Below are positions 9,388 through 18,595 of a DNA stretch of 64,000 nucleotides, one piece after another; position 1 is the stretch's first letter, and each line of letters begins with the position of its first letter. Source of the stretch: Ignavibacteriota bacterium. GTDB taxonomy: Bacteria; Bacteroidota; Ignavibacteria; UBA10030; UBA6906. Both the position numbers and the translations under genes were made by a program. The DNA is taken from positions 140,677 through 204,676 of the forward strand of contig JADJHP010000003.1 in the NCBI GenBank assembly GCA_016707525.1. The letters run 5' to 3'. The notes under the pieces were generated by a model that did not search any database, was not told where the DNA came from, and saw only the letters and a list, made by a program, of their open reading frames with translations.

Positions 9388-12002
9388 GCACGCCTCTGTC
9401 CGTCCTCCTTGTCGAGGATTCAGAGAGTGATGCCGGGCTCATCACGCGCGCGCTGAACGCGGGAGGATTCCGTGCGGACGTTCTGCGTGTGGAACAACCC
9501 GGAGCCATGCGTGCGGCACTCGCTTCCCGATCGTGGGACGTTATTATCTCGGACTTCCGTCTCCCCGCCATGGACGGACATGCAGCATTCGCCATCCTTC
9601 GGGAGACCGGCGAGGACATCCCCTTCCTCATCGTGTCCGGCGCGATCGGCGAGGAGAATGCGGCGGAACTCATGCGCAGCGGGATCAATGACTATGTGAT
9701 GAAAGGGAACCTCGCGCGCCTTGCCCCCGTTGTACTGCGCGAGCGGAATCAGGCCCTCATACGGAGGGACCGGGCAGCCGCCGAAGCCGCACTGCAGGTA
9801 AGTAACGAACGCTACCGCATCCTCGCCAACGCGGCGCCCGTCGGGATCTTTCACACTGATCAGCACGGGGCGACCACATATGTGAACCCGGAATGGTGTC
9901 GGATCGCTGACCGCACGCCCGACGAAGCATTGGATCACAGGTGGCTCGAAGCGGTCCACCCCGATGACCGCCCCCGCCTGAGCGCGGGCTGGCGGATGGC
10001 CACCAACATGGAGGGGGTCTCTTCAGCAGATTACCGCTTCGTGCGGCGCGACGGGTCGATCGCGTGGGTGCAGGGGCGCGCGGTTCCCCAGCGCGGTGGG
10101 GACGGGAGTATCACAGGCTACGTTGGAACGATCACCGATATCACGGGACGCAAATCCGCCGAAGAGTCGTTACGAACGAGCGAGGAGCGCTACCGGCTGC
10201 TGACCGATCACTCCGGTGTTGGCGTCGGGTTCTATGATGCGAACGGCACCGTGCTTTTCTTCAACTCCCGCGCGTCGGCAGCACTCGGCGCTTCCGCAGG
10301 GGAACTTGTCGGTCGGTCCATCCTCGACCTGTTTCATGGTCCGGCCGGAGAGGTCTACCTCGGCCGGATCCGCCTCGCCGCGGCGCGGAATGCGCCGGAT
10401 GAATACGAGGATAGCGTATCCATGCCGGGCGGGGCGAAGTGGTACATATCAACCTACTCGCGGGTGCTCCGGCACGATGGTTCGGTGATCGGGGTGCAGA
10501 TCATTTCTCAGGACATCACCGCCCGGAAACAGGCAGAACTCGCCGCGCGAAAGCTCGAACGCGAGATCGCCGTGCTCTATGAATCCATGAGGGACGGGTT
10601 CGTGGTAACGGACCTCGACGGGCACATTCTCCGGTGCAATGATGCGTACTGTGATCTCCTGGGATACTCCAGGGAGGAGCTCCTCGGCCGGACATACCGG
10701 GAGTTCACACCTCCTGCATCGCTGGAGATCGATGATGCCGTGGTGTCGAATTCTGTTCTCATCCAGGGCTATTCCGGGGTCTATGAAAAGGAGTACATCA
10801 CACGATCCGGCCCCCTGGTTCCCGTCGAACTGCGCGTCCTCCTCATCAGAGACTCCGCCGGCAATCCCTCGGGCATGTCGGCTATCGTCCGCGACGTGAC
10901 GGAACGAAGACGGGCTGAACTGGAGATCCGGAAGGGCCAGCAAACGACCGAGGCGATACTGAATGCACTCACCAGCCATATCGCCATGCTGGATGCCCAT
11001 GGACGGATCATAGCGGTCAATGATGCATGGCTCCGCTTTGCGATCGAGGCCGGGCTTCGTGATACGACGACGGTGAGCGCAGGCGCCAACTACCTGGAGA
11101 TCTGCCGTACCGCGGTCCACCGGGACCATGATGAGATCGCAGCAGAGGCATTAGAAGGGATCCTCGGAGTGATCGAAGGCAGGATCTCCCGGTTCTATCT
11201 GGAGTACCCGTGCCACTCCCCGGCAACGAATCGCTGGTTTTCTATGCACGTGTCCCCGCTCCTCCAGGCCGACATGGCAGGCGTGGTCGTCGCGCATGAG
11301 AACATCACGGACCGCAAGCTGTCGGAGATGCGTGTGCAGGAGCTTGCCGACGAAATGCGCCGCCTCTCGTCCCACCTTGCTGCCGCCCGGGAGGAGGAGC
11401 GCGCGCACCTCGCCCGCGAGATCCATGACGAACTCGGGCAGTCACTCACGGCTTTGAAGATGGATATCACGGACATTCGGACGCACGGCAACGACTTCCC
11501 GCCGCGGACCAGGGACCGGCTTTCGGCAATGGGAACACTCATCGACCAGACCGCTCGCACGGTCCAACGACTCGCGGGTGAACTCCGTCCGCCCATGCTG
11601 GATGAACTCGGACTCCTCGCCGCCGTGGCGTGGTACATTCAGGACTTTGAAGAGCGATTCGGGATCGCGTGCACCCGCGTGCGGTTCGACGACCCCCCCG
11701 TCACCGACCGGAAGCGGGCCACAGCCCTCTACAGGATCCTTCAGGAAAGCCTGACGAATGTCGCGCGGCATGCCGGTGCGACCGAAGTGGAGATCCAACT
11801 GATCTATGCCGACGCCGCAGTGGCGCTGACCATCAGCGATGATGGCAAAGGGATCACGGAGGAGGAAATGAAGAAGCTGACATCACACGGGATCATCGGC
11901 ATGCGGGAGCGGATCATGGAACATGGTGGGACGCTGGCGATCACCGGGAAGCCGGGGACCGGGACCACCGTGCATGCCCGCATTCCCTGGCCGGAGGAGT
12001 GA
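9384..12002 (+). CDS. hybrid signalling protein: N-terminal receiver, multiple PAS domains, C-terminal HisKA_3 (NarX/DegS-type) kinase with HATPase_c
   Basis: REC motif VLLVEDSESD..ISDFRLPAMDG; repeated PAS cores; HisKA_3 H-box REIHDELGQSLTALKMD; ATP lid TISDDGKGI; ATGA overlap with the upstream regulator. Confidence 0.85.
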   Translation: MSTPLSVLLVEDSESDAGLITRALNAGGFRADVLRVEQPGAMRAALASRSWDVIISDFRLPAMDGHAAFAILRETGEDIPFLIVSGAIGEENAAELMRSGINDYVMKGNLARLAPVVLRERNQALIRRDRAAAEAALQVSNERYRILANAAPVGIFHTDQHGATTYVNPEWCRIADRTPDEALDHRWLEAVHPDDRPRLSAGWRMATNMEGVSSADYRFVRRDGSIAWVQGRAVPQRGGDGSITGYVGTITDITGRKSAEESLRTSEERYRLLTDHSGVGVGFYDANGTVLFFNSRASAALGASAGELVGRSILDLFHGPAGEVYLGRIRLAAARNAPDEYEDSVSMPGGAKWYISTYSRVLRHDGSVIGVQIISQDITARKQAELAARKLEREIAVLYESMRDGFVVTDLDGHILRCNDAYCDLLGYSREELLGRTYREFTPPASLEIDDAVVSNSVLIQGYSGVYEKEYITRSGPLVPVELRVLLIRDSAGNPSGMSAIVRDVTERRRAELEIRKGQQTTEAILNALTSHIAMLDAHGRIIAVNDAWLRFAIEAGLRDTTTVSAGANYLEICRTAVHRDHDEIAAEALEGILGVIEGRISRFYLEYPCHSPATNRWFSMHVSPLLQADMAGVVVAHENITDRKLSEMRVQELADEMRRLSSHLAAAREEERAHLAREIHDELGQSLTALKMDITDIRTHGNDFPPRTRDRLSAMGTLIDQTARTVQRLAGELRPPMLDELGLLAAVAWYIQDFEERFGIACTRVRFDDPPVTDRKRATALYRILQESLTNVARHAGATEVEIQLIYADAAVALTISDDGKGITEEEMKKLTSHGIIGMRERIMEHGGTLAITGKPGTGTTVHARIPWPEE

Positions 12003-12005
12003 GCT

Positions 12006-12636
12006 ATGCGTGTCCTGATCGCTGATGACCACCACCTGATCCGCGAAGGGCTCGTCCGGGTGCTGGGCGACACCCCCGGCATTGCCGCCGTTGGCGAGGC
12101 CTCGAATGGCCAGGAGGCACTCGATCAGGTCCGGACCGGACAGTGGGATGTGCTTGTCCTTGATCTCAATCTTCCGGGAAAGTCCGGATTCGACGTCCTT
12201 GCTGAAATGAGGCAGGAAAAAAGCCCGGTGCCTGTTCTCGTGCTCAGCATGCACTCCGCACAGACATTCGGAGTCCGAGCGATGCAGGCGGGGGCGGCGG
12301 GCTATCTGGCCAAGACCGCTCCTACAGAAGAACTCATCAGGGCAGTTGCCAGAGTGGCAGCCGGAGGACGAGTGATCTCGGAGGATGTCGCTGACCAACT
12401 CGCGGACCGCGTACAGGGCGAGACTCAGGGCCCCCCCTCCACGACCTCCTTTCCGAGCGGGAATTCCAGGTTTTTCTCCTCATCGGCAGCGGAAAGACGG
12501 TCGGAGAGATCGCCCGTGAAATACATCTGAACGTGAAGACCGTAAGTACCCACCGGGCGCACATCCTGGAGAAGATGCATCTGCAGAATAATGCCCAGAT
12601 CATGCAGTATGTGTTGACCCGCGGCCTGCTCCCGTA
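12006..12636 (+). pseudogene. NarL/FixJ-family response regulator (REC plus LuxR HTH) interrupted by a frameshift in a C7 run at 12431-12437
   Basis: REC domain runs in frame 12006 to about 12430. The LuxR HTH (LSEREFQVFLLIGSGKTVGEIAREIHLNVKTVSTHRAHILEKM) continues in the -1 frame to TAA 12634-12636. Removing one C restores an intact protein of about 209 aa. Confidence 0.75.
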
Positions 12637-12775
12637 AACCCGCTTCCCCCCCCCTTTTTTCCGGATCCACCCCTATCAGACAAACACCGAGGCCCGATTG
12701 CGGCTCTGTCTGATGGCACACGCCTTCCGGGTGCAGTATATTGATTCCACACAACGCCGGAAGGACCGAGCACTC

Positions 12776-13159
12776 ATGGCAAAATTGAAGCTGGAAATCG
12801 TTGACGATACCTCGATCGTCAGAGAACGCCTCCGCGAAACGATCCTGGGCATGGGGAACTATGAGATCGTGGGCGAAGCGGCGTCACCAGCAGAAGCGGT
12901 TGCGCTGTACGAACGGGAGCAGCCTGACGTGATCATCCTGGATATGAAGCTTGAGGACGGCACCGGCATTGATGTCCTTCAGGCCATACGCAAGCGCAAT
13001 GCGGAAGTACGCATCATCGTCTGGACCAACTTCCCCTACGAACGCTACCGCTCCGTCAGCAAGGCCATGGGAGCAGATTACTTTTTCTGGAAAGCCACCG
13101 AATACGACAAGCTGCTCGACACGCTCCGGAACCTCTCCGGCACGGGCACGACAGCATAA
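12776..13159 (+). CDS. single-domain response regulator (CheY-like)
   Basis: MAKLKLEIVDDTSIV..VIILDMKLEDGTGIDV; start re-picked at ATG 12776 inside listed ORF 12698..13159. Confidence 0.75.
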   Translation: MAKLKLEIVDDTSIVRERLRETILGMGNYEIVGEAASPAEAVALYEREQPDVIILDMKLEDGTGIDVLQAIRKRNAEVRIIVWTNFPYERYRSVSKAMGADYFFWKATEYDKLLDTLRNLSGTGTTA

Positions 13160-13179
13160 AAAGGACTGAGAGAACTCAC

Positions 13180-14259
13180 ATGTTCACTTCCACCCGTTTC
13201 GACGAGTTCACCGGACCCCCCCGGGGTCATGAGCACGGACACCACCTGTGCGGAGACCACACTGCTGCAGGCCGGAGAGCACGCGACCACGCGATCATTG
13301 AAGCCATGCCCCTCCCGTCATGGGAGACCGATCCCTCGGGGCCGCGGCTCAACGTCAATGCCGCGTGGCTCGAACTCACGGGTCACATGGATGACCCGGC
13401 GATCGACGGTTGGACCGCAGGGATCCTCGAAGCAGACCGCCCGCGCATCCGTGCAGAATTCGAAGAAGCCAGGAACGCCAATGCCCCGGTCGATCTCGAG
13501 TTCCGGCTCGCCACGCAAGGCGGGGGACTGCGCCTCGCACGCATGCAGGGTCTTCCCCTGCCCGGAAATGGAAACGCTTTCGCCTTGTACCGGGGGGTGC
13601 TCGTCGACGTCACGGACTCGCATGCGCGGCAGGCCGCGACTGCCGCGCGGGTTCAGGAGAAGGATGTCCTTATCAAGGAGATCCACCACCGCGTGAAGAA
13701 TAACATGCAGATCATCTCGAGCATCCTCAGCCTCCAGGAATCCGCTGTGAGAGACCCATCAGACCTCATGCTGTTCCGCGAGTCTCAGGGGAGGATCCGG
13801 GCCATGGCTCTGGTCCACGAACACCTGTACCATGCGAAAGACTTCGCCGCCGTGGATTTCGGTGCGTACGTCAGAGAGCTCGCACCATCGTTGAAGAACG
13901 CGTATGGTCCCGATGCGGACCGGTACACGCTGCAGATCGAGGCAGACGAGGTCACACTGGATATCAACAGCGCCATTCCCGCCGGGCTGATGCTGCACGA
14001 AGCGCTCTCCAACGCATTCCGCCACGCGTTCCCCCCCGACCGTTCCGGCACGGTCCGGGTCGGATTCTCGACACGATCCGACGGGACACGGCGCCTCTCC
14101 GTTGCCGACGATGGCATCGGCCTGCCGGCGGGCCTTGATGTCGTCACGACGGATACCCTCGGATTCCGGCTCATGCATATGCTCGCCGACCAGATCGACG
14201 GAACCCTTGAGGTGGTGAGTGCTGATGGATTGTCCGTGACATTGTCATTCGAGGAATAG
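13180..14259 (+). CDS. cytoplasmic PAS histidine kinase of the HisKA_2/HWE type
   Basis: H-box IKEIHHRVKNNMQIISSILSLQ followed by HEHLY; PAS region upstream; RBS AAGGA before ATG 13180. Confidence 0.8.
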   Translation: MFTSTRFDEFTGPPRGHEHGHHLCGDHTAAGRRARDHAIIEAMPLPSWETDPSGPRLNVNAAWLELTGHMDDPAIDGWTAGILEADRPRIRAEFEEARNANAPVDLEFRLATQGGGLRLARMQGLPLPGNGNAFALYRGVLVDVTDSHARQAATAARVQEKDVLIKEIHHRVKNNMQIISSILSLQESAVRDPSDLMLFRESQGRIRAMALVHEHLYHAKDFAAVDFGAYVRELAPSLKNAYGPDADRYTLQIEADEVTLDINSAIPAGLMLHEALSNAFRHAFPPDRSGTVRVGFSTRSDGTRRLSVADDGIGLPAGLDVVTTDTLGFRLMHMLADQIDGTLEVVSADGLSVTLSFEE

Positions 14260-14263
14260 CCCG

Positions 14264-17086
14264 ATGACCGGGGACATAACGCGGACATCAGCCGGTCTGC
14301 GTAAGATACTCGTGGCGGAGGACGAAGCGATCGTCGCGCAGGACCTGTGCGGCCGTCTGACAGCCATGAATTTCGACGTCGTGGGCGTAGCGAAATCCGC
14401 CGATGACGCCGTCCAGAAGGCCCTTGCCCTCCATCCTGACATCGCGCTCCTCGATGTTGTATTGCGGGGGTCGCGTGATGGGATCGAGGCTGCCCGGCAG
14501 ATCCGGCATGCGCTGGATGTCCCGGTCGTCTTTGCCACCGCGTCCTCCGATCCGGAAACCTTTGCACGGGCGCAGACGATCGGCCCGCACGGGTTCGTGT
14601 TCAAACCGTACGACACCGGCGAACTGCGGATCACGCTCGAACTTGCCCTCTCCCAGCATGCCGCAGAACGCCGTATCCGGCGCAGTGAGGAACGATATCG
14701 TGTCCTCTTCGAAAGCAACCTTGCCGGCGTCTTCCGTCTCAATGAGAGCGGTGCCATCCTTGATGCCAATCCGGCGTTCTCCAGCATGCTGGGGCTCTCC
14801 GCACCGGAGGCGGACGGCCACCCTCCTGCGACGATGTACTTCGCCGACCCGCACGAATACGAGACGATTCTCCACCGGTTGCATACCAACACGAAGCTCG
14901 AGGCCCAGGAACTGCGGCTCAGGCGGGCAGACGGCCAGCTCTTCTGGGGGGTTGCCAACATGGTCGTCACAGAGGAAGGCGACATCGTTGGTACCCTCAT
15001 TGACGTCACGGGAAAGAAGGAGATCGAGCGGGAGCTTGCGCAGCAGCGGCAATTCCTCCGTGCCCTCGTCGATACGCTGCCCGATCAGGTGTATGTCAAG
15101 GATCTGGACCATCGGTTCATCTTCTGCAACCCCGGCTGCACACAACATTTCGGAATATCCGAAACAGAGATCCTGGGCCGGACCGACGTGGAGCTCTCGC
15201 TGCCCGACTTTGCGGCGAACTCGATCGCCACGGAGATCGACGTTATGTCCAGCGGGCTTCCGCGGTTCAATCGAGAGGAACGCCAGATCGATGCCGCAGG
15301 TACACCGCGTTGGGTACTCGCCAGCCGCGTTCCCGTGCTCGACCCGGATGGGTGTACGAGCGGGATCATCGGGATCAACCGGGACATTACGGCACAGAAA
15401 CAGTTCGAAGAGATGCTGCAGGACGATGTGCGCTTTCAGCAGACCCTGCTGGATGCGATCCCGGCGCCGGTCTTCTACTGTGATGCAGGCGGCCGGTTCC
15501 TCGGGTGCAATGCATCATTTGAGGCTTTCTTCGGACACCAGCGTGACACCAACATGGGATTGCCTCTTGATGCGATCCTTCCTTTTGATATCGCCGAGAC
15601 CTTTTCACTCGCCAATGCAGAACTGACCGAGAAGCACGGCAGCATGTCATTTGAGACCATCCTCACAGACGCCAGCGGGCGACCGCGGGCAGGGCTCACG
15701 CACCAGGCCGCGTTTGAAGACGCCGATGGCAATGTGGAGGGGACCGTCAGCGTGTTCATCGACCTCACGGAGCAGCAGGGGCTCCGTGATGCGCTCGCAC
15801 GCTCGGAACAACGCTATCGGAACATGTTCGAGGATGTCAATGCGGTCATGCTGCTCCTCGACCCCGAGACGGGCCGGATCACGGATGCCAATGCCGCCGC
15901 TGCCCGGTTCTACGGCTACGGGGTGCAGACCCTCACATCGATGCACATCGGGCAGATCAACCCGGCACCTTTCGAGATCCTCCTCGCAGGCCTCCAACGT
16001 GCAAAGAGCGGCTCGCAGAAGGCCTTCACCTGGGAGCATCGGCTTGCGAACGGAGAGCTCCGGAACGTCGAGGTCCATACCGGTCCCGTCACGATCGACG
16101 GCAAGAGTGCTGTGTTCTCGATCATCCACGACATTACCGAACGCGTCAGGGCGCAGGACGCCCGCAGGGTGAGCGAGGAGCAGCGAGAGGCATTGGAGTC
16201 CGAATTACGGAAGCGGAATATCGACCTCGAACGGACCATCATTGAGCTTCGCAATATGCAGACCGGGCTGGTCCAATCGGAAAAGATGGCGTCCATCGGC
16301 CAACTGACGGCCGGGATCGCCCATGAGATCAACAACCCCCTCGCCTTCGTCATGAGTAATCTCAACCGGTTCGGCGAATACTTCGGGGACACCACCGCCC
16401 TGCTCGAGGGCTGGAAGGCTCTGGCTCTCCGCCTCCCGCGGACGGAGGATACCGGACGGGATCTGAGCCAGCAGGAAGCAGAGGAGAAGCAGCTCGACCT
16501 CGCATTCATGAAGGAGGATTTCCACCGGCTCATGGAGCATACCACGCAAGGGGCCGAACGCATCAAGAAGATCGTGGAACAACTCCGGGGCTTCTCGCAC
16601 GTTGCAGGCGCCGGCTTCACCGAGAGCAGCATCAACGAGGCGATCGAAGACACGCTGATGATCACCTGGAACGAACTGAAATACAAAGCAACGGTCCATC
16701 GCGAGTATGGCGATCTTCCTGCTGTCACGTGCAATGTCGGAGAGATGAAACAGGTCTTCGTGAACCTGCTTGTCAACGCCGCTCATGCCCTGGACACGCA
16801 GGGGGACATCACCGTACGCACGTACGTGCAGAACGACCGCGTGCACATCCAGATCCAGGACACCGGATGCGGCATACCACGCGAGAACCTGAAGAAGATC
16901 TTCGACCCGTTCTTTACCACGAAGCCGACAGGCAAAGGAACCGGTCTCGGGCTCTGGATCACCGCGACGCTGGTCCGGAAGCATCTGGGTGAGATCACCG
17001 TGGACAGCGAGATCGGAAGAGGGACAACATTCACCATCGATCTGCCCGTCAGGCAGACAGAGCCCAGGGGGCAGGGTCATGAGTGA
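14264..17086 (+). CDS. hybrid signalling protein: receiver, about 5 PAS domains, HisKA, HATPase_c
   Basis: REC ILVAEDEAIVAQDL..LLDVVLRG; H-box IAHEINNPLAFV; G-boxes DTGCGIP and GTGLGLWI. Confidence 0.85.
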   Translation: MTGDITRTSAGLRKILVAEDEAIVAQDLCGRLTAMNFDVVGVAKSADDAVQKALALHPDIALLDVVLRGSRDGIEAARQIRHALDVPVVFATASSDPETFARAQTIGPHGFVFKPYDTGELRITLELALSQHAAERRIRRSEERYRVLFESNLAGVFRLNESGAILDANPAFSSMLGLSAPEADGHPPATMYFADPHEYETILHRLHTNTKLEAQELRLRRADGQLFWGVANMVVTEEGDIVGTLIDVTGKKEIERELAQQRQFLRALVDTLPDQVYVKDLDHRFIFCNPGCTQHFGISETEILGRTDVELSLPDFAANSIATEIDVMSSGLPRFNREERQIDAAGTPRWVLASRVPVLDPDGCTSGIIGINRDITAQKQFEEMLQDDVRFQQTLLDAIPAPVFYCDAGGRFLGCNASFEAFFGHQRDTNMGLPLDAILPFDIAETFSLANAELTEKHGSMSFETILTDASGRPRAGLTHQAAFEDADGNVEGTVSVFIDLTEQQGLRDALARSEQRYRNMFEDVNAVMLLLDPETGRITDANAAAARFYGYGVQTLTSMHIGQINPAPFEILLAGLQRAKSGSQKAFTWEHRLANGELRNVEVHTGPVTIDGKSAVFSIIHDITERVRAQDARRVSEEQREALESELRKRNIDLERTIIELRNMQTGLVQSEKMASIGQLTAGIAHEINNPLAFVMSNLNRFGEYFGDTTALLEGWKALALRLPRTEDTGRDLSQQEAEEKQLDLAFMKEDFHRLMEHTTQGAERIKKIVEQLRGFSHVAGAGFTESSINEAIEDTLMITWNELKYKATVHREYGDLPAVTCNVGEMKQVFVNLLVNAAHALDTQGDITVRTYVQNDRVHIQIQDTGCGIPRENLKKIFDPFFTTKPTGKGTGLGLWITATLVRKHLGEITVDSEIGRGTTFTIDLPVRQTEPRGQGHE

Positions 17087-18317
17087 CCAGCGCACGGCGG
17101 CACCAGGTACTGTGGTGGCATCACGGCCCCACCGGGTCCTCTTTCTCGATGACGAAGCCGCGATCCTGGCCTCGTTGCGCAGTCTCTTCCGGAGGGAGCG
17201 ATACGAACTCGAATTCTTCACTGAACCTGAAGAGGCACTGAGCCGCCTGCGAAGCTCCCCCGTCGACATGATCGTATCCGATATGCGCATGCCGGCCATG
17301 TCCGGTGCGGACTTCCTTGCCCAGGCCACGGCGATCCAGCCCTATGCGATCAGGATCATGCTCAGCGGCTACGAGGACAAGGGCGTCGTCATCAGTGCCA
17401 TCGGGAAGGGGCTTGCGAAAGACTACGTCATGAAGCCGTGGGACGACACCTCGTTCCGGCAGATGGTCGCCGACAACCTGCAGATGCACCGCGCCCTTCA
17501 TGACACCGAGCTCAGGAGGATCCTGGGCCAGATCGACTCCCTGACAGCACCGGCGCGCTCCGTCGAGACCATCACGCGTGTCCTGGGGGGGGCCGACGTG
17601 AACATCAAAGATATCGTGGTCGCTGTTGAGCAGTCACCGCCGCTCGTCGCCCGGCTTCTGCGCGTGGCCAACTCCGTGCACTACAGCACCCGCCACCCGA
17701 TCGGCACCGTGAAGGATGCTGTCCTCTTCGTGGGCACGGAATTCGTGGCCAGCCTCCTGCTGGCGATGGAGACCTTCGACGCCCTGCAAGAGGACTGCTC
17801 GCCCGAGGGGCGGAAATGCATGGATCGCCTCTGGGATGAGGCCCTGCGCCGCGCGACGATCGCAAAGGCGATCGCAGCCCGCTGGGACGGGGGTCAGCAA
17901 CAACATGTCGCCTACGTCGCATCGCTCTTTCAGGATATCGGCCTGGTCCTCCGTGCTCAACTCGACCCCCACCTCCTCGCTGCCTTCTTCCATGCGGTCG
18001 ATGAGGAGGACGTTCCCCTGTTGCAGGCAGACGCCATGGTCTTCACCATCACGCACGATGAGGTCGGCAGTTCGCTGCTCCGTTTCTGGAACTTCCCGGA
18101 GGAGATCGTACGTGCAGTCGAATGCCACCATCGGGTGGGCGTCGAAGACCCACTCGCACGAATACTCAAGATAGCGGAGGACATCGAGAGGGCAGTGCGA
18201 ACAGGCAAGGCGATCGATGGGCAGAACACCGCCGCCGCAGAGTGGTATGACACGCTGAGCGATACTCTGGCGGCCTTCGCGCGCGCGGGGGGCGCTGACA
18301 GCGAGGATCTGACGTAG
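17079..18317 (+). CDS. response regulator with REC plus HDOD output domain
   Basis: VLFLDDEAAILASL..IVSDMRMPAMSG receiver; C-terminal HDOD-like region (ITHDEVGSSLLRFWNFPEEIVRAVECHH); ATG 17079 overlaps the upstream stop by 8 nt. Confidence 0.8.
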   Translation: MSDQRTAAPGTVVASRPHRVLFLDDEAAILASLRSLFRRERYELEFFTEPEEALSRLRSSPVDMIVSDMRMPAMSGADFLAQATAIQPYAIRIMLSGYEDKGVVISAIGKGLAKDYVMKPWDDTSFRQMVADNLQMHRALHDTELRRILGQIDSLTAPARSVETITRVLGGADVNIKDIVVAVEQSPPLVARLLRVANSVHYSTRHPIGTVKDAVLFVGTEFVASLLLAMETFDALQEDCSPEGRKCMDRLWDEALRRATIAKAIAARWDGGQQQHVAYVASLFQDIGLVLRAQLDPHLLAAFFHAVDEEDVPLLQADAMVFTITHDEVGSSLLRFWNFPEEIVRAVECHHRVGVEDPLARILKIAEDIERAVRTGKAIDGQNTAAAEWYDTLSDTLAAFARAGGADSEDLT

Positions 18318-18395
18318 TCTGCGGGACCCGGTACCGGGCATCTTTCTGCACTCGAGCTTCATCGTCGGGGAACCGCACGATCCCCGACCGACGGA

Positions 18396-18428
18396 CGCCC
18401 CGCACCCCGGGGCGTTCTTTTTTTCCGC
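18396..18428 (+). terminator. rho-independent terminator ending the signalling operon
   Basis: CGCCCCG-CACC-CCGGGGCG hairpin followed by TTCTTTTTTT. Confidence 0.7.
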
Positions 18429-18595
18429 CCTCTCGGAACAATCGATACGATTCTGTACATTGTTGCTGCTTCGTCGTGTCTCTCCCGAACGAGCATCATT
18501 CGAAGCACCCCGGGCAGACCTGACCCGGAGCCGGACACTCGTGCCCGGCGATCATATGAGTCCATCCCCCAGAGCAACGCCACAGACCATAGCAT

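Noticed and set aside
10449-11129. Minus-strand ORFs inside the hybrid kinase genes (also 15916..16776, 16205..17329, 13785..14567 and similar)
   Set aside because: Shadow ORFs opposite strongly supported PAS/kinase coding sequence.
12641-12670. C9-T7 tract (CTTCCCCCCCCCTTTTTTTCC) after the NarL-type gene, considered as a terminator
   Set aside because: No stable hairpin precedes the T-run. An imperfect stem-loop at 12676-12713 (TCAGACA...TGTCTGA) is the only candidate and is weak.
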